DNA from: Octopus vulgaris
Lineage: Eukaryota
Direction of reading: 5' to 3'
Length of the DNA stretch: 64,000 nt
NCBI GenBank assembly: GCA_951406725.2
Contig: OX597820.1
Span: forward strand, 84,692,001-84,756,000
The notes under the pieces are model-generated. The model was given only the letters and a program-made list of their open reading frames with translations, made no database searches and had not been told where the DNA came from. This document shows positions 13,633-29,751 of this stretch, piece after piece. Positions within the stretch are counted from its first letter, which is position 1. The number at the start of each line of letters is the position of its first letter. A program made the position numbers and the translations under genes.

Positions 13633-14119
13633 TGCATACTGGCTTACGTTACACGCATATAAGACTACTACGGAGAGATATAAAGTGTATTACGTCATCA
13701 ATATTAGTGTTATCGATAGATTCATGGCATTTGCATGTAAAATAAGATGTTTTATATTATCTTAATATTATTATTAAATTGATATTTAAATATTATATTA
13801 TATAATATATATATAGTTATACTATTTTTATCCTATGTTTGGTTTGTAAATTAAGTTACACTTATTATATGATGAATAAAAAAAATAATGTTTATGTTTT
13901 TCATTTAGTTTACTAAATGTCTTATGTTTTATGTGCTGAGAACATGCCAAGAAATGTTTTATATCAAATTTATTGTCCAGCACAATCGTCAGATACTGCC
14001 AACCTGGCAGTAATAAAATGGATCATAACATTTAGCAACAGGACAATAATTGCAGCCGAAAAAAAAAAACCAAATAACGAATTGTAAGACTTTAAAACGG
14101 TCGTACGCGGGCAAAGAAA

Positions 14120-14538
14120 CGATTTCCTATCTACTGTAGGCCCAAGTCTGAAATTTGAGGAGGAAATAGATGATTACATCAACCCGAGTTGGAAGAAATG
14201 CTGCTAAGCATTGTGTCTGGCATTTCGTCGGCTTTGGCATCTAAATTTACTCGTGGTAGCGCAATATTAAGAATTTTCCTTTTCCAACAGTCTAATCTGT
14301 TGTACGTATGCGAAAGAATAATGGTAATCTTTTATCACTGAAGTCACAATTCATGAAATTTTGCGTCGGGGCTAGTCGATTGCATGGACTCCAGAACGCA
14401 TCTGGTATTTATTTTAACGGCCCCGGAAGGATGAAATGCAAGATCGAACTCGGCCTGATTTGACATCAGAGCGTAAAGTCGGACGAAATGACGCTACGCA
14501 TTTTGCCTGGCGTGCTCACTTTTCTGCAAGATCGCTGT
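14120..14538 (-). mobile_element. Two degenerate SINE family B fragments
   Basis: ccccggaaggatgaaatgcaagatcgaactcggc..gaaatgacgctacgcattttgcctggcgtgc is similar to 35160-35280. Confidence 0.65.
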
Positions 14539-14552
14539 AATGATAACAACAA

Positions 14553-14674
<122 letters not shown>

Positions 14675-15160
14675 ATAGACATTATATTGAAAGACCTCAG
14701 ACAAAAATCATGTCCCTTATTGATATGACTTCCCAACTGATATAAAATATCTGTCAATACCCACCAAAAACTGAGCAAATATAAATATCTGGAAATAGAA
14801 ATTGGCAAAGCGCTGAACCTCAAGACTAAAACAGTACTTGTTGCCATATGTGCCCTAGGAATGATAGCAAAAGTGGTTGGCAATTACATAGCTCAGATGC
14901 CATGAATGGCCAAAATGGTAGAAATTAAAAAAAATAGTGCTTAAGGGAAAAGCCCATATCCTACATAAAATACTATGTAATCTAAAATTTCAAAACAAAC
15001 TTATAATTTTCTTGCTTTCTTAAACATTCTCTTCAACAATACTATGTGCAAAACCAAATCTATGACACCCTAGGCATAACACCAACATGAACTTCTAATT
15101 ACTTGTGTCTTGAAGTCAATGGGTGAGACTTGGAATCAACTTGTATAAATACAAGATAAG
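14675..15160 (+). mobile_element. R4/Dong-like 3' fragment (RLE C-terminus and 3' UTR)
   Basis: DIILKDLRQKSC..ID..HQKLSKYKYLEIEIGK..NLKTKTVLVAICALGMI. Confidence 0.75.
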
Positions 15161-15164
15161 AGCT

Positions 15165-17520
<2,356 letters not shown>

Positions 17521-17559
17521 TCAGTGTTAATAAATTGCAACTAGTGTTAACTGTAGTAA

Positions 17560-17756
<197 letters not shown>

Positions 17757-18499
17757 TGTGTTTGTTGTTATTCGAACATTTATTACATGAACGTTCATAT
17801 TCCTCTTGCTGAATATAGGGGTAAACAATTAGCTAGTTGGTCTTTCATGTGGAATTTAATTTTAAATAATATTTTAGACTGAACAGTTGGTTGAAATGTT
17901 ATTATCAGGTTAATGTATCTGTTCATTTATGACTACTCATTTCTCTTTGTTGATCGTATTATATTCCGAACAATTTTATGTAAGTCTATATCTCACCTTT
18001 ATAAGGTTCGGCTATTAGCATTCAAACCTAGTATGGAGTGAGAGGTATCCATATACCAGCCCATATTCAGCTATACATTTTAGTACTTAATATGCATCTC
18101 TTGAACGGTGGCGAATTGAAAAATCGTGGCATAGTTTCTAGCAGTTTCTGGTTAAATTTTCTCTGCTGTGGTTCAGCTTTCACTTCTTTCATTCGATCGT
18201 TAACACAAGTAACAATATAGAGCGATAAACTGGCGGAGATTTAGACACTGAAATATGTCTTGCATATCTATAAATTCAGATGGAGGACAACGTCATCTGA
18301 AAGGACGGTCCTATGATGTATCAGTAATAAATTGATGGCCTTTCCTTTGCATCTCCTCGTAGAAGAATATTATATTTGTAATTTATTTAATGTTGAAATT
18401 GCTGTTTTCTATATCGAATCGAGATGATGATTTACATACTTTTTCCACATACTCTGTAAAGCATTTCCGATGTTCGTTTAAGTTGTAGAGTGTCTTCAT

Positions 18500-18565
18500 G
18501 CACTACAAAGTCTATTTTTATGGGACGTCGATAGCACTACAAAGTCTATTTTTATAGGACATCGA
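18500..18565. repeat. 34-bp tandem duplication
   Basis: gcactacaaagtctatttttat(g/a)ggac(g/a)tcga occurs twice. Confidence 0.85.
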
Positions 18566-19543
18566 GTGCTTGAGGTACCTGCCGTTCTGAATCTAGACTG
18601 TGACATCCGACAACATCACAAGTATTTTTAGTATGTAAGATGAAAGTATTGTGTTTTGGTAGAGCAGAAAACAAACGTTCAGCTGTTCGTATTTTCCTGA
18701 CCGAACAGCAATAACTCCATTAATTTCAGTGTTATATGTTAAACGCTCAGCTGGAAAACATTGGACCAGCTTTCCGAAAGCAGAGCATTGGAACTTGTCA
18801 AATGAAATTTTGTGAATGTACATACAGCTTGTCCATTTATATAAAACAAATGATTTGGGGGTTTTTTTCTTTAGAAGAGAATATTGTGTTTGTTTTTTCG
18901 AGTGAAGTTCCATGACAATGGAAATGGATAGATAGAATTATACTGATCAAAAGTTTCCCTCCAAAATTGAATGTTTGGAAGGTGAGGCAGTACATTTTTT
19001 TATTCTAAGTATAACCCAAAGACGAGAAAAAAAAAGAAGGAAACGGGAAGAGAGAAAGAAAGAAAAATGATTTTCAGTCATTACCAAACCTTACCAGTTT
19101 TTTTTAAGAGGTCGCCATTTTAAAACCCATTCAAATACAATGGTAAAGGACAAATTATTAACAAAATATATATGAATAGGACGAGGGTAGCCCTTCTATC
19201 TCTCTCCCTCTATCTATCTGTATATCTGTCTGAGTTTCTATCTATCTATATATCTATCTATCTATCAACCTATCTACCTACCTATTTTTCTATCTATTCA
19301 TCTCCATTGCCATGGAACCTAATCCCCCGAAAAAACAAAAGAAAAACATTGTTGTCTCCTAAACAAAAAAGGCCCCAAGACATATGTTTCATATAAATGA
19401 ACAATCTGTTTGTACATTCACAAAATTTTAAATGACAGGTTTGAGAAAGGAACGAAAGCGTTATAATAATGAAGAAAGAAAAAGACTTTTTTTTCTAAAA
19501 TTCTGACGAATTTTTTCTCAATATTCAACTTCTGTACATCGTA

Positions 19544-19620
<77 letters not shown>

Positions 19621-21419
19621 TATTTGTGTATGTATATATATATATACATACACAAATGTATTTTTATTTCGTGTATTTGTATTTCATTCAATATCGTTGT
19701 ATATGCTACTTATTCACTGCCACACTTCATTCCTATTGAAATTATCAACACAATCTACAAGTTATACGAGGTGAGCTAGACTGCACATTACAAATCTAAG
19801 CAGCCTGACAATATAATATAGGAATGATTAATTGCTAAGGGGATTTGCAGTGTACTCTTAGGTGTAGCATTGTATATATATATACATACTTACATATATA
19901 GAGATAGATAGATAGATATATAGATAGACAGATAGATACATATATATATATGTGTGTGTGTGTGTGTTATGTATGTATACATACACACACACTCATGCAC
20001 TCACACGCATACGCATACACATATACACTATAATCAGTGATTGTGAAACTGGGCACAGAGAATATATAGATTTGAACTCAATTTGATTTGAAAATATCTT
20101 TCACTCAAAATCTCGTAATATTTAAAGATTTTCACTTGTTACCTCTGAGTATCTATCCAAGACGGTGAGATAGCTATAACTTAATTTCGCTATGTACGAA
20201 AGTCAAAATTCTTAAAGTATTGAAAAAAATGTAAAACATAGAAAATAGAAACTAAAATTTCCCATACGTTGAGGTTAACTTCCTCGAGGTGTCAGAAGTA
20301 GCCATAACGTGCAGAGATGAGGTTTGTCAGGTCTCTGGGGTTGTTGGTCTTGCACGCGAATTTAGGTTTTTTTTGAGTTTTTATTGCAGTACGTACAGTT
20401 GTTATTATAATTATATTAGTTTTCTGTCATTTGTAAAATCTCCAACGATCACTCTTGGAATTGTCGTTATAGGCTATGTTGGATATCTGCCAAAGCAGAA
20501 CAAAGGGTACAATATATGTAAACGTTTTACGACATCAACAACAATATTGCCACAGATTTGGCAATTAACATATATTTCTACTTTTTCATTTTTATTGTCT
20601 TGGCACACATCTATGCAATAAAAGATTGCCAATCAAGAGAGAAAATGCTCGTCCTATAATTTAGAGGATACTTCATGAGGGAGAAGTATTTCGAAAATAC
20701 CTTTATGATAATAGCACCTAGGCTAATGGAAGCGTTAATAGTAGGAACTTGGTTACAAGGACAAGGTTACATTATCAGTCTTCCTGTTGGTTGGAATCTT
20801 TCTCAGCGTATAATTTTCGCGAATCTCATTAATAACAGAGACATGAAACACAAAGTGAAATTTAGTTTAGGAAATATAATTAAACATTTCAGTCAATTTG
20901 AAATTCTAGAGTTTAGCGCCTTTAAGAAACGTCGATTAATCATGTCTCGGAGTGTAAGTTTTATAATTCTCCGTTAATCGATTCTAGTACGTAGTTCGAA
21001 ATGTTCTAGCCTGCTTTAAATGATCTATTGATAAAACTACTTTTTCAGAGGTGGCATGTGTGCACCACATGGGTCTTTGCAAATAAATGGCGTGAAATAT
21101 TTAATAGCCAATCATTAGCATGGGACTTGCAAGCCGGCAAACATTAAAATCAGTTGTCGAAATTACTGCTCACATTGCATAACATATAAGAGAGAATAAT
21201 AATATACTATTATTTACTAAACCAAAAGTTTGCTTTTACATGTCGTTGTCATTTATTGCTTGAAATCTACAGACAACTGTGATTTGTTAACGACAACATT
21301 CAGTCTGTTCGCAGGTGAGTAACACAGGACCTGCTACAGACATAGAATTTTAATATAATTTCATCAACGAGAATGATATTCTAGACTAGAATATATATGT
21401 ATGTATGCATATGTGTATG

Positions 21420-21473
<54 letters not shown>

Positions 21474-21478
<5 letters not shown>

Positions 21479-22130
21479 GGTTTGAAAATGCAACTTTAAA
21501 AGATGTTTATTTACTTGAACGGTTTCACTTCTTTAGAAAAATATTGTCAAAGGTAACATGTAAAAGCTTGGTTATGTTAAATACTGGTTGTCACAAAATA
21601 TTACAATATATATATACATTCTTTGATAATGATGAGAACATGTTAAAAACAGTTTAGAAGGGAAAATGTTGAGAAAATATAAAAAAAGTCTAACAAGTTC
21701 ATTAAAATATTGGGCACAAAAGATTACAATATATATATATTGGGATCACGTGGATGAGAAAGGCGCAATGTGACCAGCGGTGTCAAATGGACGCCTGACG
21801 GACTGGTCGCTCAAAGTGATCAAAGTGATATATATGTATATACATTCTTAAGAAAATTTTAAAAACAGCTTACAGAAAGAATTATTAAAAAAGTTCAGAG
21901 GGATATTCATATTATATCTGTACATATAAACACAGAAAATTATAAGTTCAAAAAGGTTACATTTTATTATTATAGTTTTAACTGATCTGATTCACCATAT
22001 TATCGTAAAAGACTATTTTCTATTTCAAGGGACAGTTTTACATGTTACTTTTGACAATCTTTTTCTAAAAAGTGAAACCTGTCAAGTAAATAAACATCTT
22101 TTAAAGTTGCATTTTCAGACATTCTCTCAT
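21474..22130. mobile_element. Inverted pair of about 95-bp PLE-like terminal segments, each carrying a decayed hammerhead
   Basis: 21474-21567 is the reverse complement of 22033-22130; 22047-22087 reads actt TTGACAA t ctttt tct aaaaag t GAAAC ct GTC aagt. Confidence 0.65.
21742..21830 (+). mobile_element. Short LINE/SINE 3'-tail fragment in a TA tract
   Basis: tgtgaccagcg..ctga.gg.ctggtcg(tcaaagtga)2 resembles the tail of the SINE at 40731-40849. Confidence 0.6.
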
Positions 22131-22170
22131 ATATAATTCCACTCGTACGGTACCTTACTACTCCACTTTG

Positions 22171-22438
<268 letters not shown>

Positions 22439-22619
22439 AATGAGGTAGAGTCAACAAGAAGGAGCAGATATGGATAGTTATTTTGGAATGTGTACACATG
22501 TTCCCATACAACATAGTTCTTCATATATAGATGAATTTCATTGTTTAAAGGTTTACCTGTATAACGGGTTACACTTGCATTTATTCAGGTGATATTGTAT
22601 TGCTGTCCCCGCTACTTAC

Positions 22620-22773
22620 AAAACCTTCAACTTCGAGGCTAACAGTTTTATTTCACACATGATGAATGCCCAAATCTAGACTTCGAAATATATCGTAAAT
22701 CTACCAGCTATTTGGTAATTCTAAGGGTGAACAAGTTCTATTATGTATCCTTTATATTCTTAAGGGAATATAC
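22620..22773 (-). other. Candidate exon of an unidentified minus-strand host transcript
   Basis: On the minus strand: atttttcag| acceptor and |gtaagt donor in non-repetitive sequence; early stops in all frames, so a terminal or UTR exon if real. Confidence 0.25.
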
Positions 22774-22780
22774 CTGAAAA

Positions 22781-22826
<46 letters not shown>

Positions 22827-23349
22827 GAAGACATACGCACACACCACAAACACACGCACAAACTTATGCATGTAATCATATAATATTATATAAGTATGCA
22901 TGTCATCATTTAGTTTTATTTCAAGATTTCTTGCCAATAGAGAAAGAGCAGATTTTCAAACTAGATCCAAGGCTCCATCATTGGAATTTCAACATCAATA
23001 CAGGGTATTTTTTATGTACATATGTAAGTATGTTTGTATGTATGTATGTATGTATGTATGTATGTATGTATGTATGCATGTATGTATGTATATATGCGTG
23101 TGTGTAAGTGTGTGTGTATTCGTAATACTACGTTTCATAATGGAAAGATTTTTCTGTGAAATATTTTATGAAAACGACAGTATTTTGTAAATCTGTTATA
23201 TATGTATATACATACAACCATCTATCCATCCATATATCTATATTTATAGGTGTCTATATGTACTTATCAGTACATTATACACACACAAACACACAGAGAC
23301 ACAGACACACACACATACACTTACATATATAAATATATATACACACACA

Positions 23350-23417
<68 letters not shown>

Positions 23418-24210
23418 ATTTATTCAGATGAAAAATTAGTTCATGTCTTACGGGAATTGTTGTCTAGATTTCCAATTTCGTATATTCGTAAGAATGTATT
23501 TAAGCAAAAATATCATTACAAGAGATGATTTATTAAACGTTACATCTAATAAAATGACCTGAAGCAGTTTTTTTTTGTTACTTATGGATTTCTTAATTCA
23601 TTATTTAATACTTCCAGACAGCTGTTTCTGTATAAAAGGGGACAATAACATAATTTTTTTCAAATAATTACAAATATGTCTATTATACGGTAATTTCTTT
23701 TCGAACTTCATACGTATTATTTGATTAAAATTAAAGTAAATTTAAAATCAGTACTTTGAGTTTTTTCTTCACTATCATAATGTAAAAGGCCTTAGTTCCT
23801 TAAACTTTCAACTTGTAATTCAGTAATAGGGATATATAAACAAATATTGAAATTTTTTTTTCTTTCTTCTATGTCTTATTTTTACTCTTAATCCCTCCCT
23901 GCTATAAATAGATAGATAAATAAATAAATAAATAAATATATGTCCTTTATATCTAACATAGTTGTCAAAAGAAAGGCAAGTATATATACAAATATACTAC
24001 CGAAAAAGGATCTACATCTTATGTCAAATCAGACTTACATTTACTAACTGTTATCTATCAGAGCACACATACATTTTATCTCTGTTTTATAGTTTTGCAC
24101 ACAAAGAAATAAAGATATCTATCGTATTTTCGGTTCATTATATGTGATAATTAGTAATTATTACTGGTATCAAATTACAGTAATAATGTAAAATAATTCA
24201 TAGTTATATA

Positions 24211-24761
<551 letters not shown>

Positions 24762-24829
24762 CTGCAATAATTAATCAAGAGAATATCTCAGTATTAATAT
24801 ATTGTTATGTTTAAAAACATACTTATAAC

Positions 24830-27800
24830 TATGAAAATTTTGGGTAAAATTTTCGGTGAAAATTTTCCAAAAACTTTGGGTAAAATTCACGGTGAAAAGT
24901 TTCGAAAAATTTTTGGGTAAAATTTTCGATGAAATTTTTGGGTAAAATTTTCGATGAAAATTTTCCGTGAAAATTTTGGAAAAATTTTGAAAAATTTTTA
25001 GAAAAATTCTCGGAGAAAATTTTTGAAAAAGATTTGAGTAAAATTTTCGAAAAATTTTTCGGTAAAATTTTCGTTGAAAATTTTGGGAAAATTTTTGGGT
25101 AAAATTTTCGGTAAAAATTTTCGTAAAATTTTTAGGGAAAATTTTCCCAAAATTTTTTGGAAAAGATTCGGTAAAAATTTTTGAAAAATTTTTGAAAAAA
25201 TTTTGAAAATGTTCGGGTCAAAATTTTGGAAAAATGTTCAGATGAAAATTTTGGAAAAATGTCTGCTCAAAAATTTTTCGAGAAAATTTTCGAAAAATTG
25301 TTTGGTAAAATTTTCGGTGAAAATTTTCCAAAAATTCTTTGGTGAAATTTACGGTCAAAAGTTTTGAAAAATTTTTGGGTAAAATTTTCGGTGAAAATTT
25401 TCGAAAGATTTTTGGATAAAATTTTCGGTGAAAATTTTGGAAAAATTTTTAGGAAATTTCTCGGTGAAAATTTTCGCGAAATTTTTGGTAAAATTTTCGG
25501 TGAAAATTTTTGAAAAAGTTTTGGGTAAAATTTTTGAAAAATTTTTAGGTAACATTTTCGTTCAAAATTTTTGAAAAACTTTTCGTTCAAAATTTTCGAA
25601 AAATTCTTTTGTAAAATTTTCGGTGAAAAGTTTGGAAAAATTTTTGGGTAAAATTTTCGGTTTTCGAAAATTTTTGGAAATTTTCGATGAAAATTTTTGG
25701 GGAAAATTTTTGAAAAATGTTCGGATGAAAATTTTCGGTGAAAATTTTGTGAAATTTTCGGTGAAAAGTTTAAAAAAATTTTTGGGTAAAATTTTCGGTG
25801 AAAATTTTCGAAAATTTTTTGGGTAAAATTTTCGGTGAAAATTTTGGAAAATTTTGTGTAAAATTTTCGGTAAAAATTTGGGAAAAATTTATGGGTAAAA
25901 TTTTCGGTAAAAATATTTGAAAAATGTTCGGGAGAAAATTTTTGAAAAATGTTAGGATGAAAAATGATCGGTTGAAAAATTTTTCTAGAAAATTTTCGGT
26001 GAAAATTTTCGAAAAATTCTTTCGTTAAATTTTCGCTGAAAACTTAGGAAAAATTTTTGGGTAAAATTTTCGGTGAAAATTTTCGAAAAATTATTGGGTA
26101 TATTTTCGGATGAAAAATTTTTGATAAATGTTCGGGTGAAAATTTTTGAAAAATGTTCGGATGAAAATTTTCGGTGAAAATTTTTGTGAAATTTTCGGCG
26201 AAAAGTTTTAAAAAATTTTTGGGTAAAATTTTCGGTGAAAATTTTTGAAAAATTTTGGGTAAAATTTTCGGTGAAAATTTTCGAAAAATTTTGGGTAAAA
26301 TTTTCGGTGAAAATTTTGGAAAATTTTGTGTAAAATTTTCGGTAAAAATTTGTGAAAAATTTATGGGTAAAATTTTCGGTAAAAATATTTGAAAAATGTT
26401 CGGGAGAAAATTTTTGAAAAATGTTAGGATGAAAAATGATCGGTTGAAAAATTTTTCTAGAAAATTTTCGGTGAAAATTTTCGAAAAATTCTTTCGTTAA
26501 ATTTTCGCTGAAAACTTAGGAAAAATTTTTGGGTAAAATTTTCGGTGAAAATTTTCGAAAAATTATTGGGTATATTTTCGGATGAAAATTTTGATAAATG
26601 TTCGGGTGAAAATTTTTGAAAAATGTTCGGATGAAAATTTTCGGTGAAAATTTTTGTGAAATTTTCGGCGAAAAGTTTTAAAAAATTTTTGGGTAAAATT
26701 TTCGGTGAAAATTTTTGAAAAATTTTTGGGTAAAATTTTCGGTGAAAGTTTTTGAAAATTTTGTGTAAAATTTTCGGTAAAAATTTGCGAAAAATTTATG
26801 GGTAAAATTTTCGGTAAAAATATTTGAAAAATGTTCGGGAGAAAATTTTTGAAAAATGTTAGGATGAAAAATGATCGGTTGAAAAATTTTTCGAGAAAAC
26901 TTTCGGCGAAAATTTTCGAAAAATTCTTTCGTTAAATTTTCGCTGAAAACTTTGGAAAAATTTTTGGGTAAAATTTTCCGTGAAAATTTTGGAAAAATTT
27001 TTGGGTAAAATTTTCGGTGAAAATTTAGGAAAAATTTTTAGGAAAACTCACTGTGAAAATTTTTGAGAAGTTTTTGGGTAAAATTTTCGTTGAAAATTTT
27101 TGAAAAAGTTTTGCGTAAAATTTTCGAAAAATTTTTGGATAAAATTTTCGATGAAAATTTTGGAAAATTTTGTGTAAAATTTTCGATAAATTTTTTGGTA
27201 AAAGAGTGTGGAAAAATATTTGGGTAAAATTTTCGGTGAAAGTTTTGGAAAAATTTTGGGTAAAATTTTCGGTGAAAATTTTGGAAAAATTTTTAGGTAA
27301 AATTTTCGGTGAAAATTTTGGAAAATTTTGTGTAAAATTTTCGGTAAAAATTTTTGAAAAAGTTTTGGGTAAAATTTTCGGTGAAAATTTTTGAAAAAGT
27401 TTTAGGAAAATTCCCGGTGAAAATTTTGGAGAAGTTCTTGGGTAAAATTTTCGTTGAAAATTTTTGAAAAAGTTTTGCGTAAAATTTTCTAAAAATTTTT
27501 GGGTAAAATTTTCGTTCAAAAGTTTGAAAAATTTTTGGGTAAAATTTTCGGTGAAAATTTTCTAAAAATTTTTTGGCAAAATTTTCGGTGAAAATTTTCC
27601 AAAAAGTTTTTGTTGAAATTTTCGGTGAAAAGTGTGGAAAAATTTTTGGGTAAAATTTTCGGTGAAAATTTTTTAAAAGTTTTGGGGAAAATTGTCGGGA
27701 AAATTTTTGAAAAATTTTTAGGAAAATTCTCGGTGAAAATTTTCGGGAAATTTTGGGTAAAATTTTCGGGTGAAAATTTTCGAAAAATTATTTGTTAAAA

Positions 27801-28411
27801 TTTTCGGTGAACATTTTCCAAAAATTCTTTGGTGAAATTTTGGGTGAAAATTTTTGGGTAAAATTTTCGGTGAAAATTTTGGAAAAATTTTTGGGGAAAA
27901 TTTTCGGGAAAATTTTAGAAAAATTTTTAGGAAAATTCTCGGTGAAAATTTTCGAGAAATTCTTGGGTAAAATTTTCGGTGAAAATTTTTCAAAAAAGTT
28001 TTGGGGAAAATTTTCGAAAAATTTTTGGGAAAAGTTTCGTGAAAATTTTCGAAAAATTTTTGGGTAAACCTCTCGGTGAAAATGTTGGAAAACTTCAAGT
28101 GAAAAACTTGGAAAAATCACAAGGCAAGCGGTGCCATAATCACGAAGTATGGAAGGCCAGCGGTGCGAAAATCACAAAATATGGAAGGCCAGCGGTGCCA
28201 TAATCACAAAGTATGGAAAGCAAGCGGTGCCAAAATCACAAAGTATGGAAGGCCAGCGGTGCCAAAATCATGATTTTCCAAAATTTTGACCGAAAATTTT
28301 ACTCAAAAATTTTTCGGAACTTTTCACCGGAAATTTTCACGAGCAATTTTGGAAAAATTATTGCAAAATTTTCACAGGAACATTCTACCAAATTTTTCCC
28401 CCGAACAATTT
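24830..28411. repeat. Complex A4T4 satellite or foldback-like element: 12-13-bp subunits, about 37-bp unit, higher-order repeat, 32-bp core array and inverted terminal arm
   Basis: aaaattttcggtg/aaaattttgggt repeats 24830-28110; marker atgatcggttgaaaa at 25964, 26436 and 26871; 32-bp repeats 28138-28270; opposite-orientation arm 28272-28411. Confidence 0.85.
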
Positions 28412-28439
28412 TGTATGTATGTGTGAGTATGAATATATG

Positions 28440-28494
<55 letters not shown>

Positions 28495-28502
28495 TTATAT
28501 AT

Positions 28503-28775
28503 ACTTTACCTATCAGCGAACTTGTCGCTTCAGATGAACCACTCCAACTAAACAGTGTCAACAAATTCAAAATGCGCAGGCGTAAATCTCTGCACTCCCC
28601 ATTCCACCCACGTGGTCTATCTAGCAAACACTATATTTTAACCGCGAGAACCGAGGCAGTATGACCGAGAGAAATGAATTATAATATCAACAATTGAGGG
28701 TAAAATTAATTAATTAATCAATTAGTTTAGTTGGAGTGGTTCATCTGATGCGACAAGTTCGCTGATAGGTAAAGT
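28503..28775. repeat. 51-bp inverted repeat (1 mismatch) with a 171-bp spacer
   Basis: actttacctatcagcgaacttgtcgcttcagatgaaccactccaactaaac (28503-28553) vs the reverse complement of 28725-28775. Confidence 0.9.
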
Positions 28776-28813
28776 TCCTTCTTTTTAGTGTTTCCAAATC
28801 CAAATTAAGAAAT

Positions 28814-28876
28814 TTTGAGCTGACGAAAGAAATGCTGACTTTATTTGGCTAATCTTGAAACGTTGACGTACTCAAA
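28814..28876 (+). ncRNA. Type I hammerhead ribozyme with an intact core, probably PLE-associated
   Basis: Stem I tttgag/ctcaaa; CTGACGA; stem II aaga/tctt extended by gctga/ttggc; GAAA; stem III ACG-ttga-CGT; GUA cleavage triplet ending at 28870. Confidence 0.75.
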
Positions 28877-29436
28877 CGATCTATGTACTTGTGATATTTT
28901 TCTGTATTTACCCCCAAACCTTCGTGAGCTGTCTGGAGTAAACATTATCTGAGAGAAATTTTCTTTAAGTAGTAGAAATGCTAAGAAAATCTTTTTTTGG
29001 CTGCTATTTCTACTAAGTTCAGTATGTGGCAAAGTAATTTATTTTACTAAGCCCTAATTATATAATATATATATATATATATGTGTGTGTGTGTATATAG
29101 GATACAATCTTTAGAGTATAATTATTATACCTATAACTTACTCAAAATAAACACACGCATGTATACATAAACAAACACACATACAAATACATGTACATGC
29201 ACAAAAATACATAAATACATACACTTATATTAGATATTAAATATTCTACATACAGTTAGAAATATTCACTTTTTTAAAATGCATATATTCATATTATTGA
29301 AGTAGACAATTATTTACTTATTAAAAGTACCTATATTCATATTTTTCATGTACACAAGAATCTATTCAAATATAAATATATAAAAAATAAAATAAACATA
29401 AAAATTACATATATATGTATGTGTATATATATATAC

Positions 29437-29488
<52 letters not shown>

Positions 29489-29671
29489 CCACATGAATGC
29501 TCGCATCCACCACATCCATATATATGCATCCAAATGTGTTCAAAAACGAAAATAGTTAATCTAGATATTGAATATCCAGAGAGAGAGAGAGAGAGGGGAG
29601 GAGAAGAGAGAGAGAGATGCATACATATGCAGAAATAAAAAATAAATTTTTAAAAAATTAAATAAAAAGGT

Positions 29672-29699
29672 ATAGATAGACAGATAGATAGATAGATAA

Positions 29700-29750
<51 letters not shown>
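29672..29750. repeat. (GATA)n tract at the 3' flank of the Tx1 element
   Basis: Directly visible; a matching tract lies at 32502-32594. Confidence 0.95.

Positions 29751-29751
<1 letters not shown>

Noticed and set aside
25267-28120. ORFs with repeated KFSPKILPKNF peptides
   Set aside because: Products of the A4T4 satellite; the 12/13/37-bp units shift frame constantly
28138-28270. 32-bp repeats as a CRISPR array
   Set aside because: Head-to-tail with no unique spacers, no cas genes, eukaryotic context
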